A DNA stretch of 64,000 bases. Origin: Spirochaetia bacterium (GTDB lineage: Bacteria > Spirochaetota > Spirochaetia > SZUA-6 > Fen-1364). Of this stretch, positions 37,356-46,115 are shown in pieces. Within the stretch, counting starts at the first letter, position 1. Each line of letters starts with the position of its first letter. The stretch lies in assembly GCA_049515135.1 (NCBI GenBank), contig JBEKUJ010000005.1, forward strand, positions 227,252-291,251, read 5' to 3'. The translations under genes were made by a program, and so were the position numbers. A model generated the notes under the pieces. The model saw only the letters and a list, made by a program, of their open reading frames with translations, searched no databases and was not told the DNA's origin.

Positions 37356-38534
37356 GTGAGCACCGAATGCCTCGTCATGGCAAAACCGGCGGGTCCGGGC
37401 TGCAACATGCGCTGCGCCTACTGCTATTACCTTGGGAAAGCCGCGCTTTTTCCCCAGGGTCCTTGGCGAATGCCTGAAGCCCTGCTGGAGCGATATGTCG
37501 TCCAGCGTCTGGAGTCCTCACCCGGTCCCGTGACTCATTTCGAGTGGCACGGCGGAGAGCCCACCCTTCTGGGACTGGATTATTTCCGTACGATCGTGCG
37601 CGTACAGAGAGCCCACCGTCCCGCAGGCCGCAGGGTGTCAAACGGAATCCAGACCAACGGCCTGCTTCTGGATGAAGCCTGGGCCGGGTTCCTGAGTGAG
37701 GAGGGCTTTTCCGTCGGTCTGAGCCTCGACGGACCGGCGGACCTCCACGATGAGTTTCGAAAGGCCGCCGGCGGCGGCGCCACGCATGCCCAGGCGACTG
37801 CTGCTTTCCGCCTTCTCAGGCGGCGTGGAGTGTTCTGCAACGCCTTGTGCGTGCTCCATTCGGCGAATGCTGCTGAGCCTGACAGGGTGTACGACTTTTT
37901 CCGCGATCTGGGGGTGAAATACCTCCAGTTCCTTCCCCTGGTGATCCCGGCTGGGGGAGGCGGAGTACGCGCTCCCACCGCCTCCCCCGAGGCCCTTGGG
38001 GCTTTCCTTTGCCGGGTGTTCGACCGGTGGCTGCAGCACGACGTGGGACGGATCGTGATCCAGACCTTTGACGAAGCGCTGCGCCCGATCTACGGGATCC
38101 CGCATGCGCTGTGCATCCATAGGGAAACCTGTGGCGATGTCGCCGTCCTGGAGCATGACGGTGGATTCTACGCGTGCGATCACTTCGTGGACGCCGACCA
38201 CCTCATGGGGAACCTGAAGGACCTGACCCTTTCGGAAATGATTGCTGATCCTCGCATGAAGCGCTTCGGCCAGGACAAACGGGATACGCTTCCCCGAACC
38301 TGCAGAGAGTGCGACGTGCTTTCCTCATGCAACGGCGGCTGTCCGAAGGACCGCATCGCCGCGTCGCCCGACGGCGAAGCAGGCCTGAGCTACCTGTGCC
38401 CTGCGTACCGGAGGTTCTTCCGCCACAGCCAACCAGGCCTTGCCCGCCTGGCCCAGCACATGAAGCTGGGCAGGTCTCTCAGGTCCTTCGCAGCGACTCC
38501 AGGTTCGAGCGGGCAGCCGGCACCGACGCCATGA
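37356..38534 (+). CDS. Anaerobic sulfatase-maturating enzyme-like radical SAM / SPASM-domain protein
   Basis: CNMRCAYCY is a CxxxCxxC radical SAM cluster motif. HFEWHGGEPTL, plus C-terminal Cys clusters (CDHF...CRECDVLSSCNGGCPKD), match the anSME/SPASM architecture. Confidence 0.8.
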   Translation: MSTECLVMAKPAGPGCNMRCAYCYYLGKAALFPQGPWRMPEALLERYVVQRLESSPGPVTHFEWHGGEPTLLGLDYFRTIVRVQRAHRPAGRRVSNGIQTNGLLLDEAWAGFLSEEGFSVGLSLDGPADLHDEFRKAAGGGATHAQATAAFRLLRRRGVFCNALCVLHSANAAEPDRVYDFFRDLGVKYLQFLPLVIPAGGGGVRAPTASPEALGAFLCRVFDRWLQHDVGRIVIQTFDEALRPIYGIPHALCIHRETCGDVAVLEHDGGFYACDHFVDADHLMGNLKDLTLSEMIADPRMKRFGQDKRDTLPRTCRECDVLSSCNGGCPKDRIAASPDGEAGLSYLCPAYRRFFRHSQPGLARLAQHMKLGRSLRSFAATPGSSGQPAPTP

Positions 38535-38667
38535 ACGCCTCCAGTTTCCCACATGCGAACTCTGGACACTCCGCGCACGTGGAAAAGCCCGGCCGATGCC
38601 GCAGAGTCTGATCTGGCACATCGCGCAGTATCCCTGTACGCCTGGGACACGGGAAGCCTGTCGATTT

Positions 38668-39300
38668 TCATGTCTTTCCTGGGCCGCTTCTGGTCCCACG
38701 ATACAGCGAATCGATTGATTCCGCGAGGAAGGAATCGAACGTTATCCTGAACGGCGCGAGGGTCCTGTCCGCGTTAATCAGGGCCTGCACGTTCTCCGGC
38801 GGGAAGGCGAGCTGGGAGACGCCCACAACCAGGGCGTAGATTCCCATCAGGAGCGTGAAGCCTTTTCCATCGATCCCTGGATATCTCGCCTCCATGTCCC
38901 GGGAGGCGCGCAGGGCGAAATCACGGAACCAGCTTTTCATCCGGCGAAGACCGGGGGGGCTCAAGCCGGGCTCGATGGTCATGTGGAGACTCGCGAGGAG
39001 CCGGACCAGGAGGCTGCGGTCCGCAAGGCCTCTGGTGAGGTCCTTCCCGAGAGAGCGTGTTGCCCTTCTCTCCGTGAGGGCTTTCCACCAGGCCTCCATT
39101 TCATCCACCAGGATGGATGCAAAGAGGTCCTGTTTTGTCGGGAAGTAGAGGTAGAGCGTGCCCTTGACGAGGTCCAGCTCGCGTGCAAGATCGCTCAAGC
39201 GGACCTCGTCGAAGGACCGGGTGGCAATATAGGCGCGGGCGCGCTCCACGATGGATGCGCGGCGCTGCTCCTTTTTCTTTTCAGTCGATGCCCTCTTCAT
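38668..39300 (-). CDS. TetR/AcrR-family transcriptional regulator
   Basis: True start MKRASTEKKK at 39300. HTH FDEVRLSDLARELDLVKGTLYLYFPTKQDLF. The listed 329-aa ORF is over-extended. Confidence 0.75.
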   Translation of the reverse strand: MKRASTEKKKEQRRASIVERARAYIATRSFDEVRLSDLARELDLVKGTLYLYFPTKQDLFASILVDEMEAWWKALTERRATRSLGKDLTRGLADRSLLVRLLASLHMTIEPGLSPPGLRRMKSWFRDFALRASRDMEARYPGIDGKGFTLLMGIYALVVGVSQLAFPPENVQALINADRTLAPFRITFDSFLAESIDSLYRGTRSGPGKT

Positions 39301-39322
39301 TAATGACCCAGGGTTATTAGTA

Positions 39323-39366
39323 TTGACTCGTTCCCTCTGCTCCAATATATTCTGACCTGAAGTCAG
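39323..39366 (+). promoter_or_regulatory. Putative sigma70 promoter (TTGACT-N17-TATATT) with an adjacent inverted repeat CTGACctgaaGTCAG, likely the TetR operator, controlling the SDR gene
   Basis: Hexamers at 39323-39328 and 39346-39351. A perfect 5-bp inverted repeat at 39352-39366 between the -10 and the RBS AAGGAGG. The region is divergent from the TetR gene. Confidence 0.45.
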
Positions 39367-39382
39367 TAACAAGGAGGCATTC

Positions 39383-40168
39383 ATGGCAACGGAAATCACG
39401 GGAAAGTGGGCCCTCGTGACAGGGGCTTCGTCAGGGATCGGCGCCGAGATGGCGCGGGAGCTTGCATCCCGGGGGGCAAACCTGGTTCTGGTTGCCCGCC
39501 GACGGGAGGCGCTGGAGTCGCTTGCGGCGCAGCTTGCGAAGCAGCATGGGACCGAGGTCCAGGGGGAGGCATCCGACCTTGCCAGGGCCGGCGAACCGGA
39601 GCGGCTCTTCACAACGCTCAGCGCCCGGGGGATCACGGTTTCGATCCTCGTGAACAATGCCGGGTTCGGCGCCTATGGGCTTTTCGACTCGATAGACGCA
39701 GCAACCGAGGAAGCGATGCTGGACCTCGACGTGAAAGCGGTTGCCCGAATGACCCGGCTCTTTGTCGGGCCCATGCGCGCCACGGGTTTCGGCCGGATCC
39801 TCCTCACTGCTTCCACCGGCGCGTATATGCCGGGCCCGCTGTACGCCACCTACTGCGCGGCCAAGGCCTTTGTGCTCAGCTATGGTCATGCGATCCGGCG
39901 CGAGCTGCGCGGAACGGGCGTCACTGTCACCGTGGTTTCACCCGGGGTGACCAATACAGAGTTCCATCGGATTTCCGGCCTTGAAACGAACACCTTCAAG
40001 CGAGCGACCATGATGGCGGCGGCTCCCGTTGCAAAGGCGGCCGTCAAAGCTCTCCTGCGCGGCAGGGCAGAGATCGTGACTGGATTGTTGAACAAGGTCA
40101 TCGTGTTCACCACCCGCTTCACGCCCCGGACTGTGGCGGCGTCGATAGCCGCTCGAGCGATGGCGTAG
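39383..40168 (+). CDS. SDR-family oxidoreductase (short-chain dehydrogenase)
   Basis: TGASSGIG cofactor motif, NNAG, S...YCAAK catalytic triad. RBS AAGGAGG. Confidence 0.85.
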   Translation: MATEITGKWALVTGASSGIGAEMARELASRGANLVLVARRREALESLAAQLAKQHGTEVQGEASDLARAGEPERLFTTLSARGITVSILVNNAGFGAYGLFDSIDAATEEAMLDLDVKAVARMTRLFVGPMRATGFGRILLTASTGAYMPGPLYATYCAAKAFVLSYGHAIRRELRGTGVTVTVVSPGVTNTEFHRISGLETNTFKRATMMAAAPVAKAAVKALLRGRAEIVTGLLNKVIVFTTRFTPRTVAASIAARAMA

Positions 40169-40172
40169 AGTC

Positions 40173-41399
40173 TCAGCGCGACAAGTCAGGGTACAGCTTC
40201 TGCATGCAATCCGGGCACAGGCCGTGGCTGAACTCCACGTCAGAGTGGTCCTCCATGTAGCTTTCCACCTGGTGCCAGTATCCCTTGTCGTCGCGGATCT
40301 TCTTGCACGAGGCGCAGATGGGGAGCAGGCCGCTCAACCTCTTTACATTCGCAAGTGCGTCCTGGAGGTCGACAATCAGCTTCTCCCGTTCCTTCTCGGC
40401 TTTCCGCCGTTCCGTGATGTCGCGCACCAGAAGGATGGTCCCGGTCTGCCTGCCGGTCCTGCTGGTCAGAGGCGTTGCGGAGACCTCCAGCGTCCTTCCC
40501 GGATCGTGAGGTGCTCCCAGGGTCTGGGTGGGCAGGAGGGCCCCGCCGAGAGTCGGGATGACATCACTCATCGCCTTTCCAATGGCAGGGGGGGCGATCT
40601 GGAACATCCGCGCCGCGGTGGAGTTGAAGTCTATGATCCGGTTCAGCAGGTCCACGACGAGGAACCCGTCCCGCATGTTTTCCACCAGGGCTGCCCGAGC
40701 CCGGGGGACAATGTCCAGGAGACGCAGGCGGTTGAAGGCGGCTAGAATCAGAAGCGCGCTGACTGCGAACCCAAGCGACATCGTGTCCAGCCCGGGAACC
40801 GGATCGCTGGGGAGAACAAAGAGGAGAAACCCGATCCAGGGGATGAGGACGGAGGCGATGAGGATGAAAGCCTGTAGCACATAGAGACGCGCAGCCCGTA
40901 TTGCGACGCGCAGGATATGGTACATCCCGAGCAGGCAGGTCACGAGGAACCAGAAAACCGCCAGGAAGTACCACGCGCCGTAGCTGTACACCACCGTGTT
41001 CGTACCCGGGATCGGCCCCGGAACGAACCCGGTCCATATGAGGTGATGCCAGCTGTTTGTGAATGCAAGGGCAATCGTGGCGACAGGGACTGACCAGAGG
41101 AACGCGATCATCCACGGGGAAAGAGGCCAGCGGGAGTCGGAGTACTGAATCGCGAAGACAAGGAACAAGGGGGCAACGTTGCACAGACCGATGTAGCTGA
41201 TCGCGTTCCACAGATACCTGTGCCATGCATCGGGAGAGGTGGTCTCTATTGCGGAAAAGAAACACCAGACCGCGATTGCAAACAGCGTGAGGCTCAAGGC
41301 AAAGCCGCCAGGGACATCGCGCCTGCGCCAGGCCGATCCGCCGGCGAACAGGACCGTGAATGATGCGGCAAAGAGCAAAAGCGAGTACGGAGTGATCAT
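40173..41399 (-). CDS. Membrane sensor protein: histidine-kinase N-terminal 7TM domain, then a PAS-like domain and a C-terminal Cys/His-rich zinc-ribbon-like module. No kinase catalytic domain.
   Basis: Seven hydrophobic helices over residues 1-200. The C-terminus reads LPICASCKKIRDDKGYWHQVESYMEDHSDVEFSHGLCPDCMQKLYPD. No H-box or HATPase motifs. Confidence 0.6.
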   Translation of the reverse strand: MITPYSLLLFAASFTVLFAGGSAWRRRDVPGGFALSLTLFAIAVWCFFSAIETTSPDAWHRYLWNAISYIGLCNVAPLFLVFAIQYSDSRWPLSPWMIAFLWSVPVATIALAFTNSWHHLIWTGFVPGPIPGTNTVVYSYGAWYFLAVFWFLVTCLLGMYHILRVAIRAARLYVLQAFILIASVLIPWIGFLLFVLPSDPVPGLDTMSLGFAVSALLILAAFNRLRLLDIVPRARAALVENMRDGFLVVDLLNRIIDFNSTAARMFQIAPPAIGKAMSDVIPTLGGALLPTQTLGAPHDPGRTLEVSATPLTSRTGRQTGTILLVRDITERRKAEKEREKLIVDLQDALANVKRLSGLLPICASCKKIRDDKGYWHQVESYMEDHSDVEFSHGLCPDCMQKLYPDLSR

Positions 41400-41479
41400 T
41401 TCCCCGGTATCATATCACAATCGGCCCGGCTTTCTTGAACACCGCCCTTCCTCCCGCTATAGTCGGTTGCATGGAGCAC

Positions 41480-43249
41480 ATGAAGAGAACCGACACCTGC
41501 GGCGCGCTTCGCGCCAAGGACGCCGGCAGACGCGTCACACTGAACGGCTGGGTGCACAGGCACCGCGACCACGGCGGCATCAGATTCTTCGACCTTCGGG
41601 ACCGCTATGGCCTCACGCAGGTAGTCGTGGACTCGGACGCCTCGGCGGACCTTGCGGAGACAGGCAGGCAGCTGAAGTTCGAATACTGCGTCGCCGTGGA
41701 GGGGACGGTCCGCCCCCGGCCGCCCGCAATGGCAAACTCCGCCATGCCCACCGGAGAGATCGAGGTGAAGGCGGAAAGGATCGACATCCTCAGCCGGTGC
41801 GAAGTCCTTCCGTTCATGGTTGATGAGAAGGCGGACGCAAAGGAGGACACCCGGTTCAAGTACCGCTACATTGACCTGCGCACGGCCCGGATGCAGCGGA
41901 ACATCGCGCTGCGCCATGCTGCCGCGTTCGCGGCGCGGGAGTTCCTGGTATCCCAGGGCTTCTATGAGATCGACACGCCGATGTTCATCAAGTCCACCCC
42001 AGAAGGTGCGCGGGACTACCTGGTGCCTTCCCGGCTGAACCCGGGGCGCTTCTACGCGCTTCCCCAGTCGCCGCAGCTCTACAAGCAACTGCTGATGGTC
42101 TCTGGGTTCGACAGGTATTTCCAGATCGCGCGGTGTTTCCGCGACGAGGATGCGCGCGGGGACAGGCAGCCTGAGTTTACGCAGATCGACATCGAGATGA
42201 GCTTCGTGTCGCGTGAGGACGTGTTCCTTCTGGTGGAAGGCCTCATGGCGCATATCTTCAAGAAGTCGATAAACACGGATATCGCCGTCCCTTTCCAGAG
42301 GCTGGCCTACGACGATGCAATGAGCCGCTACGGCTCCGATAAGCCGGACCTGAGATTCGGGCTGGAATTGAAGGATTTCGGAGATTTTGCCGCAAAAGGC
42401 AGCTTCGAGGTCTTCAGGAAGGTGATGGAATCCGGCGGAGCCGTGAAGGCGCTGGTTGCCCCGGGCTGCGGGGATTACTCCAGAAAGCAGATCGCGGAGC
42501 TGGAGTCGGTTGCCAAGGTTTATGGCGCGGCCGGGCTTGCTTCCATGAAGGTGTCCGAGCAGGGTCTGGAAGGCGGGGTCTCAAAGTTTTATACGGACCA
42601 GGCGGCGGCCATCCGGCAGGCCCTGGGGGCAAAGCCGGGGGACCTCATCCTCATGGTCGGCGCAGATCAGCGCAAGGCGTGCATTTCCCTGGGCGCTGTA
42701 CGCACGCAGCTCGGCAAGGACCTCAAGCTTGCCGCCGAGGGGGATTTCCGCTTCTGCTGGATCATAGACTTTCCGTTGTTCGAGTGGAACGAGGAGGAGA
42801 AGAAATGGGACCCTGCGCACCATATGTTCACCATGCCGCAGGAGAGTTTCGTCGCGGACTTCGAGAGCAGGCCTGCCGAGGTCAAGGGAGATCTGTACGA
42901 CCTGGTCTGCAACGGCGTTGAGCTCGCCTCAGGCTCCATCAGGATCCACGACCCCGAGCTTCAGAAGAGGATCTTCCGGTTCCTCGGGCTTTCCGAGGAG
43001 CAGGCGCAGAAGAGATTCGGCTTCCTCCTGGAAGCCTTCCGTTACGGGCCTCCTCCCCATGGGGGGATCGCTCCGGGCTTCGACAGGCTTGTGGCCATGA
43101 TGGCGGGGGAAGGGACAATTCGGGAGGTCATTGCCTTTCCCAAGAACACCCTCGGCCAATGCCCCATGGACGATTCCCCTTCGGAAGTGGATCCGAAGCA
43201 GCTGCAGGAGCTGCATCTCGCCATCACCGGCCAGGAGCCGGCGAAATGA
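41480..43249 (+). CDS. aspS: Aspartate--tRNA ligase
   Basis: MKRTDTCGALRAKDAGRRVTLNGWVHRHRDHGGIRFFDLRDRYG..., with class II motifs FRDEDARGDRQPEFTQIDIEMSF and GGIAPGFDRLVAMM. Confidence 0.9.
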   Translation: MKRTDTCGALRAKDAGRRVTLNGWVHRHRDHGGIRFFDLRDRYGLTQVVVDSDASADLAETGRQLKFEYCVAVEGTVRPRPPAMANSAMPTGEIEVKAERIDILSRCEVLPFMVDEKADAKEDTRFKYRYIDLRTARMQRNIALRHAAAFAAREFLVSQGFYEIDTPMFIKSTPEGARDYLVPSRLNPGRFYALPQSPQLYKQLLMVSGFDRYFQIARCFRDEDARGDRQPEFTQIDIEMSFVSREDVFLLVEGLMAHIFKKSINTDIAVPFQRLAYDDAMSRYGSDKPDLRFGLELKDFGDFAAKGSFEVFRKVMESGGAVKALVAPGCGDYSRKQIAELESVAKVYGAAGLASMKVSEQGLEGGVSKFYTDQAAAIRQALGAKPGDLILMVGADQRKACISLGAVRTQLGKDLKLAAEGDFRFCWIIDFPLFEWNEEEKKWDPAHHMFTMPQESFVADFESRPAEVKGDLYDLVCNGVELASGSIRIHDPELQKRIFRFLGLSEEQAQKRFGFLLEAFRYGPPPHGGIAPGFDRLVAMMAGEGTIREVIAFPKNTLGQCPMDDSPSEVDPKQLQELHLAITGQEPAK

Positions 43250-44250
43250 ACAGGCGTCAGCGCGTGGCAGAGGCAATCGCCCACCGGCAGCCGGACAAGG
43301 TGCCCTACCACATCAGTTTCACCGTGCCTGCCAGAGAAGCCATGACGCGCTGGTACAGGGACCCGCAGTTCGAAGCCTTGCTGGGCAACTGCCTGCTCCT
43401 CCTGGAGACCGAGCCGAAAAACTCCTGGAAAAGGGTGCGGGGGGAGGTCTGGGAAGACCAGTTCGGCGTCCAGTGGGACAGGACCATCGATGCCGACATC
43501 GGCACTGTCTGCAACTCTCCGCTCACCCGGGACAACCTCGCGACATATCCTTTCCCTGATCCGCTGGACCCGTCGCGCTTCGAGGACTGGGCTGCGCTTC
43601 TGGCCGGCCGCCCTGACTCCTTTGTCGTTGCGAACATCGGGTTCAGCCTTTTCGAGCGGGCGTGGACCCTGGCCGGCATGGAGACCGTGCTCATGGCAAT
43701 GGTGGATGACAGGCGCTTCCTGGACCATCTCCTGGACAGGATCCTGGACTTCAACCTGAAGCTCATCGAAAAAGCCTGCTCGTTTCCGATCGACGCCATG
43801 CGCTTCGGGGACGACTGGGGCCAGCAGCGCGGCCTCATCATGGGGCCTGTCCTGTGGCGCGAGCTGATCGGACCACGGGTCCGGCAGATGTACAGCCTGG
43901 TGAAATCGAAAGGGAAGAAGGTGTTCATTCACTCCTGCGGAAAAGTCGACGAGCTTTTTCCAGATCTGATCGAAAGCGGCCTTGACGTGTTCAACCCGTT
44001 CCAACCCGAGGTCATGGACGTGTACGAGATGAAGCGCCGCTACGGAGACAGGCTTTCATTCTTCGGCGGGATCAGCACGCAGAAGACGCTTCCTTATGGG
44101 ACCATCCCGCAGGTGAAGGAGGAGGTCAGGCGCCTCCTGGATGCCATCGGCAGGAACGGCGGGTACATTGCATCTCCAGCGCACGACATTCCCAGGGACG
44201 CGAAGCCTGAGAACATTGCCGCCATGATCGAAGTGCTGCAGGCGCAGTAG
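43246..44250 (+). CDS. Uroporphyrinogen decarboxylase (URO-D) family protein, MtaA/CmuA-like methyltransferase paralog
   Basis: 334 aa. Its start ATG overlaps the aspS TGA as AATGA. Family-typical segments HSCGKVDELFPDLIESGLDVFNPFQPEV and SFFGGIST. Confidence 0.8.
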   Translation: MNRRQRVAEAIAHRQPDKVPYHISFTVPAREAMTRWYRDPQFEALLGNCLLLLETEPKNSWKRVRGEVWEDQFGVQWDRTIDADIGTVCNSPLTRDNLATYPFPDPLDPSRFEDWAALLAGRPDSFVVANIGFSLFERAWTLAGMETVLMAMVDDRRFLDHLLDRILDFNLKLIEKACSFPIDAMRFGDDWGQQRGLIMGPVLWRELIGPRVRQMYSLVKSKGKKVFIHSCGKVDELFPDLIESGLDVFNPFQPEVMDVYEMKRRYGDRLSFFGGISTQKTLPYGTIPQVKEEVRRLLDAIGRNGGYIASPAHDIPRDAKPENIAAMIEVLQAQ

Positions 44251-44252
44251 GA

Positions 44253-44999
44253 TCAGGAGGCGGGGCCATCGCGCCGCTGCTCCAGCACGCCCATCACGAT
44301 CCGTGCGACGATGTCCACCAGCCGGGGGTCCACGTCTTCCAGCCCCGGCTTCGGCTTTCCCCAGCCCTGCTGTTCCCGCACTTTTTGCAGGGTGGTGATC
44401 TCGCTCTGGCTCAAGGGCTTGGGCTCTCCCAGGATCTTCGTGACCAGCCGCACCCGGGCGTACATCTCAAGCACTTCCATGCGGTAGTAGGCCTGCATCA
44501 CGTCGGCGCCGACGGTGAGCGCGCCATGGTTCGAGAGGAGAACAGCGTCGCAGCCGGGGATCTCTTTTTCGACGGCATTGGGGATCTCCTCCGTGGTGGG
44601 GGTCCCGTACTCGGCGAACCCCACTCTGCCCAGGCCGAACACGATTTCGGGCAGGATCACGTCGGCGTCAAGCCGGATATGACACGCTGCAAACCCGGTG
44701 GCGGCCGGGGGATGAGCGTGCACGATGGCCGTCACATCGGGCCGGGTCCTGTACACGGCCAGGTGCATCTTCGTTTCCGAGCTCGGAAGCATGCTTCCCG
44801 AGATGACCTTGCCCTGCATGTCTATCATCAATATCTGTTCCACCGTGACGTCGCCCTTGTTCACGCTGGTGGGAGTGATGAGAATCCGGTCTGCGGACAG
44901 CCGCGCGCTGATGTTGCCGTCGTTCGCTGCCACGAAAAACCGGTCGCGCAGTCTCCTGCCGGCCTCCACGATCTGCCGCCTGGCTTCCTCTTCCTGCAT
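44253..44999 (-). CDS. Class II aldolase/adducin-family protein (MtnB dehydratase or Ald2 methylthioribulose-1-P aldolase-like)
   Basis: 248 aa. ITPTSVNKGD, HLAVYRTRPDVTAIVHAHPPAATGFA and LSNHGALTVG include the metal-binding His residues of the class II aldolase fold. Confidence 0.8.
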   Translation of the reverse strand: MQEEEARRQIVEAGRRLRDRFFVAANDGNISARLSADRILITPTSVNKGDVTVEQILMIDMQGKVISGSMLPSSETKMHLAVYRTRPDVTAIVHAHPPAATGFAACHIRLDADVILPEIVFGLGRVGFAEYGTPTTEEIPNAVEKEIPGCDAVLLSNHGALTVGADVMQAYYRMEVLEMYARVRLVTKILGEPKPLSQSEITTLQKVREQQGWGKPKPGLEDVDPRLVDIVARIVMGVLEQRRDGPAS

Positions 45000-45002
45000 G
45001 AA

Positions 45003-45285
45003 GGCGATAGTAGCCCTTCAGGACGACCGCGTCCAACGCCGGCGGGCTGTCCTAGGCCATAGGCCGAAATAGGCACGCTGATAAAAAAACCCGCGGACTG
45101 ACCTCCCAGTTTGCATCAGTCAACGGGTAAGGATTGTTATTTTTGTTACAGTTACGTGCATAGTTGACTAGATATTATCAATTGTCAAGATACTAATTAA
45201 ACATTATTGGCAATCTTACCGAAAATAATGTTGTTAGATAACAATACAAATGTTACTATAAACGCCCTTTGGGGTTGGCCAGCGA
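45003..45285. promoter_or_regulatory. AT-rich divergent control region (24% GC over 45161-45260) between the class II aldolase gene and the DeoR gene. It holds palindromes TTGTTAgaTAACAA and ATTGgCAAT and direct TTGTTA repeats.
   Basis: GC counted by hand. The palindrome at 45231-45244 was verified base by base. TTGACT and TATCA/TACTAAT-like hexamers are present. Confidence 0.5.
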
Positions 45286-46068
45286 ATGGCGACAAGAAAC
45301 AGGCAGGGAAGGATCGCTCGAATTCTCGAGTCTCTTCAGACTGGCAGCGCGGCGACAATACAGGAGCTGTCACAAAGACTTTCCGTCTCCGAGATGACCA
45401 TCAGGCGCGATCTAACCCTCCTTGCTGCCCAGAACAAGGTCAGGCTCGTCAGGGCAGGGGCCATCCTCCGGGCTGGGTTCCTTGATGCTCCCCTGGGCGC
45501 ATACTCCCTGGCATCGGACCGGGAACAAGGCGCACAGGAAAGGTCCAGGATCGGGACCAAGGCTGCATCGCTCGTGGAACCAGGCGACGTTGTGATCATT
45601 GACTCGGGTTCCACCACCGAGTGGCTTGCCCGCAGTCTGCCCTACGACATGCCCCTGACGGTGATCTGCTTTGCGCTCAACATCGTCCTGGAAGTGGGAA
45701 GCCGGGAAAAGTGCACGGTGGTGTTCGCGGGCGGGACCCTGCGCAGTGATACGCTTGTCTGCGAAAGCGCCGAGGGCATTCAGCTCATCCGGCGCTACCG
45801 TGCCAACAAGGCCTTTCTATCCGCCGGAGGCGTCAGCGATGCGCTTGGCGTCACATGCGTCGATACAGCGGAGGCGGAGCTGAAGAAGGCTGCAATGCAG
45901 TCAGCCCAATCCAGGATCCTCCTGGTTGATTCGAGCAAGCTCGGACGGGTCACGCCCTCATGGTTTGCGGCGCTTGAGGACTTCGACGCCATTATCACGG
46001 ATTCGGGAATCTCCCTCGAATACGTGGAGATCGCTCGCGCGCGCGGAATTGCGCTTCACGTGACATGA
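45286..46068 (+). CDS. DeoR/GlpR-family transcriptional regulator
   Basis: N-terminal HTH (RIARILESLQTGSAATIQELSQRLSVSEMTIRRDL). C-terminal sugar-phosphate sensor domain with IIDSGSTT. Confidence 0.8.
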   Translation: MATRNRQGRIARILESLQTGSAATIQELSQRLSVSEMTIRRDLTLLAAQNKVRLVRAGAILRAGFLDAPLGAYSLASDREQGAQERSRIGTKAASLVEPGDVVIIDSGSTTEWLARSLPYDMPLTVICFALNIVLEVGSREKCTVVFAGGTLRSDTLVCESAEGIQLIRRYRANKAFLSAGGVSDALGVTCVDTAEAELKKAAMQSAQSRILLVDSSKLGRVTPSWFAALEDFDAIITDSGISLEYVEIARARGIALHVT

Positions 46069-46115
46069 GCAGACTCCTGACGATGGAACCGGGCCGAGAG
46101 TTGACGGCACTGTAA

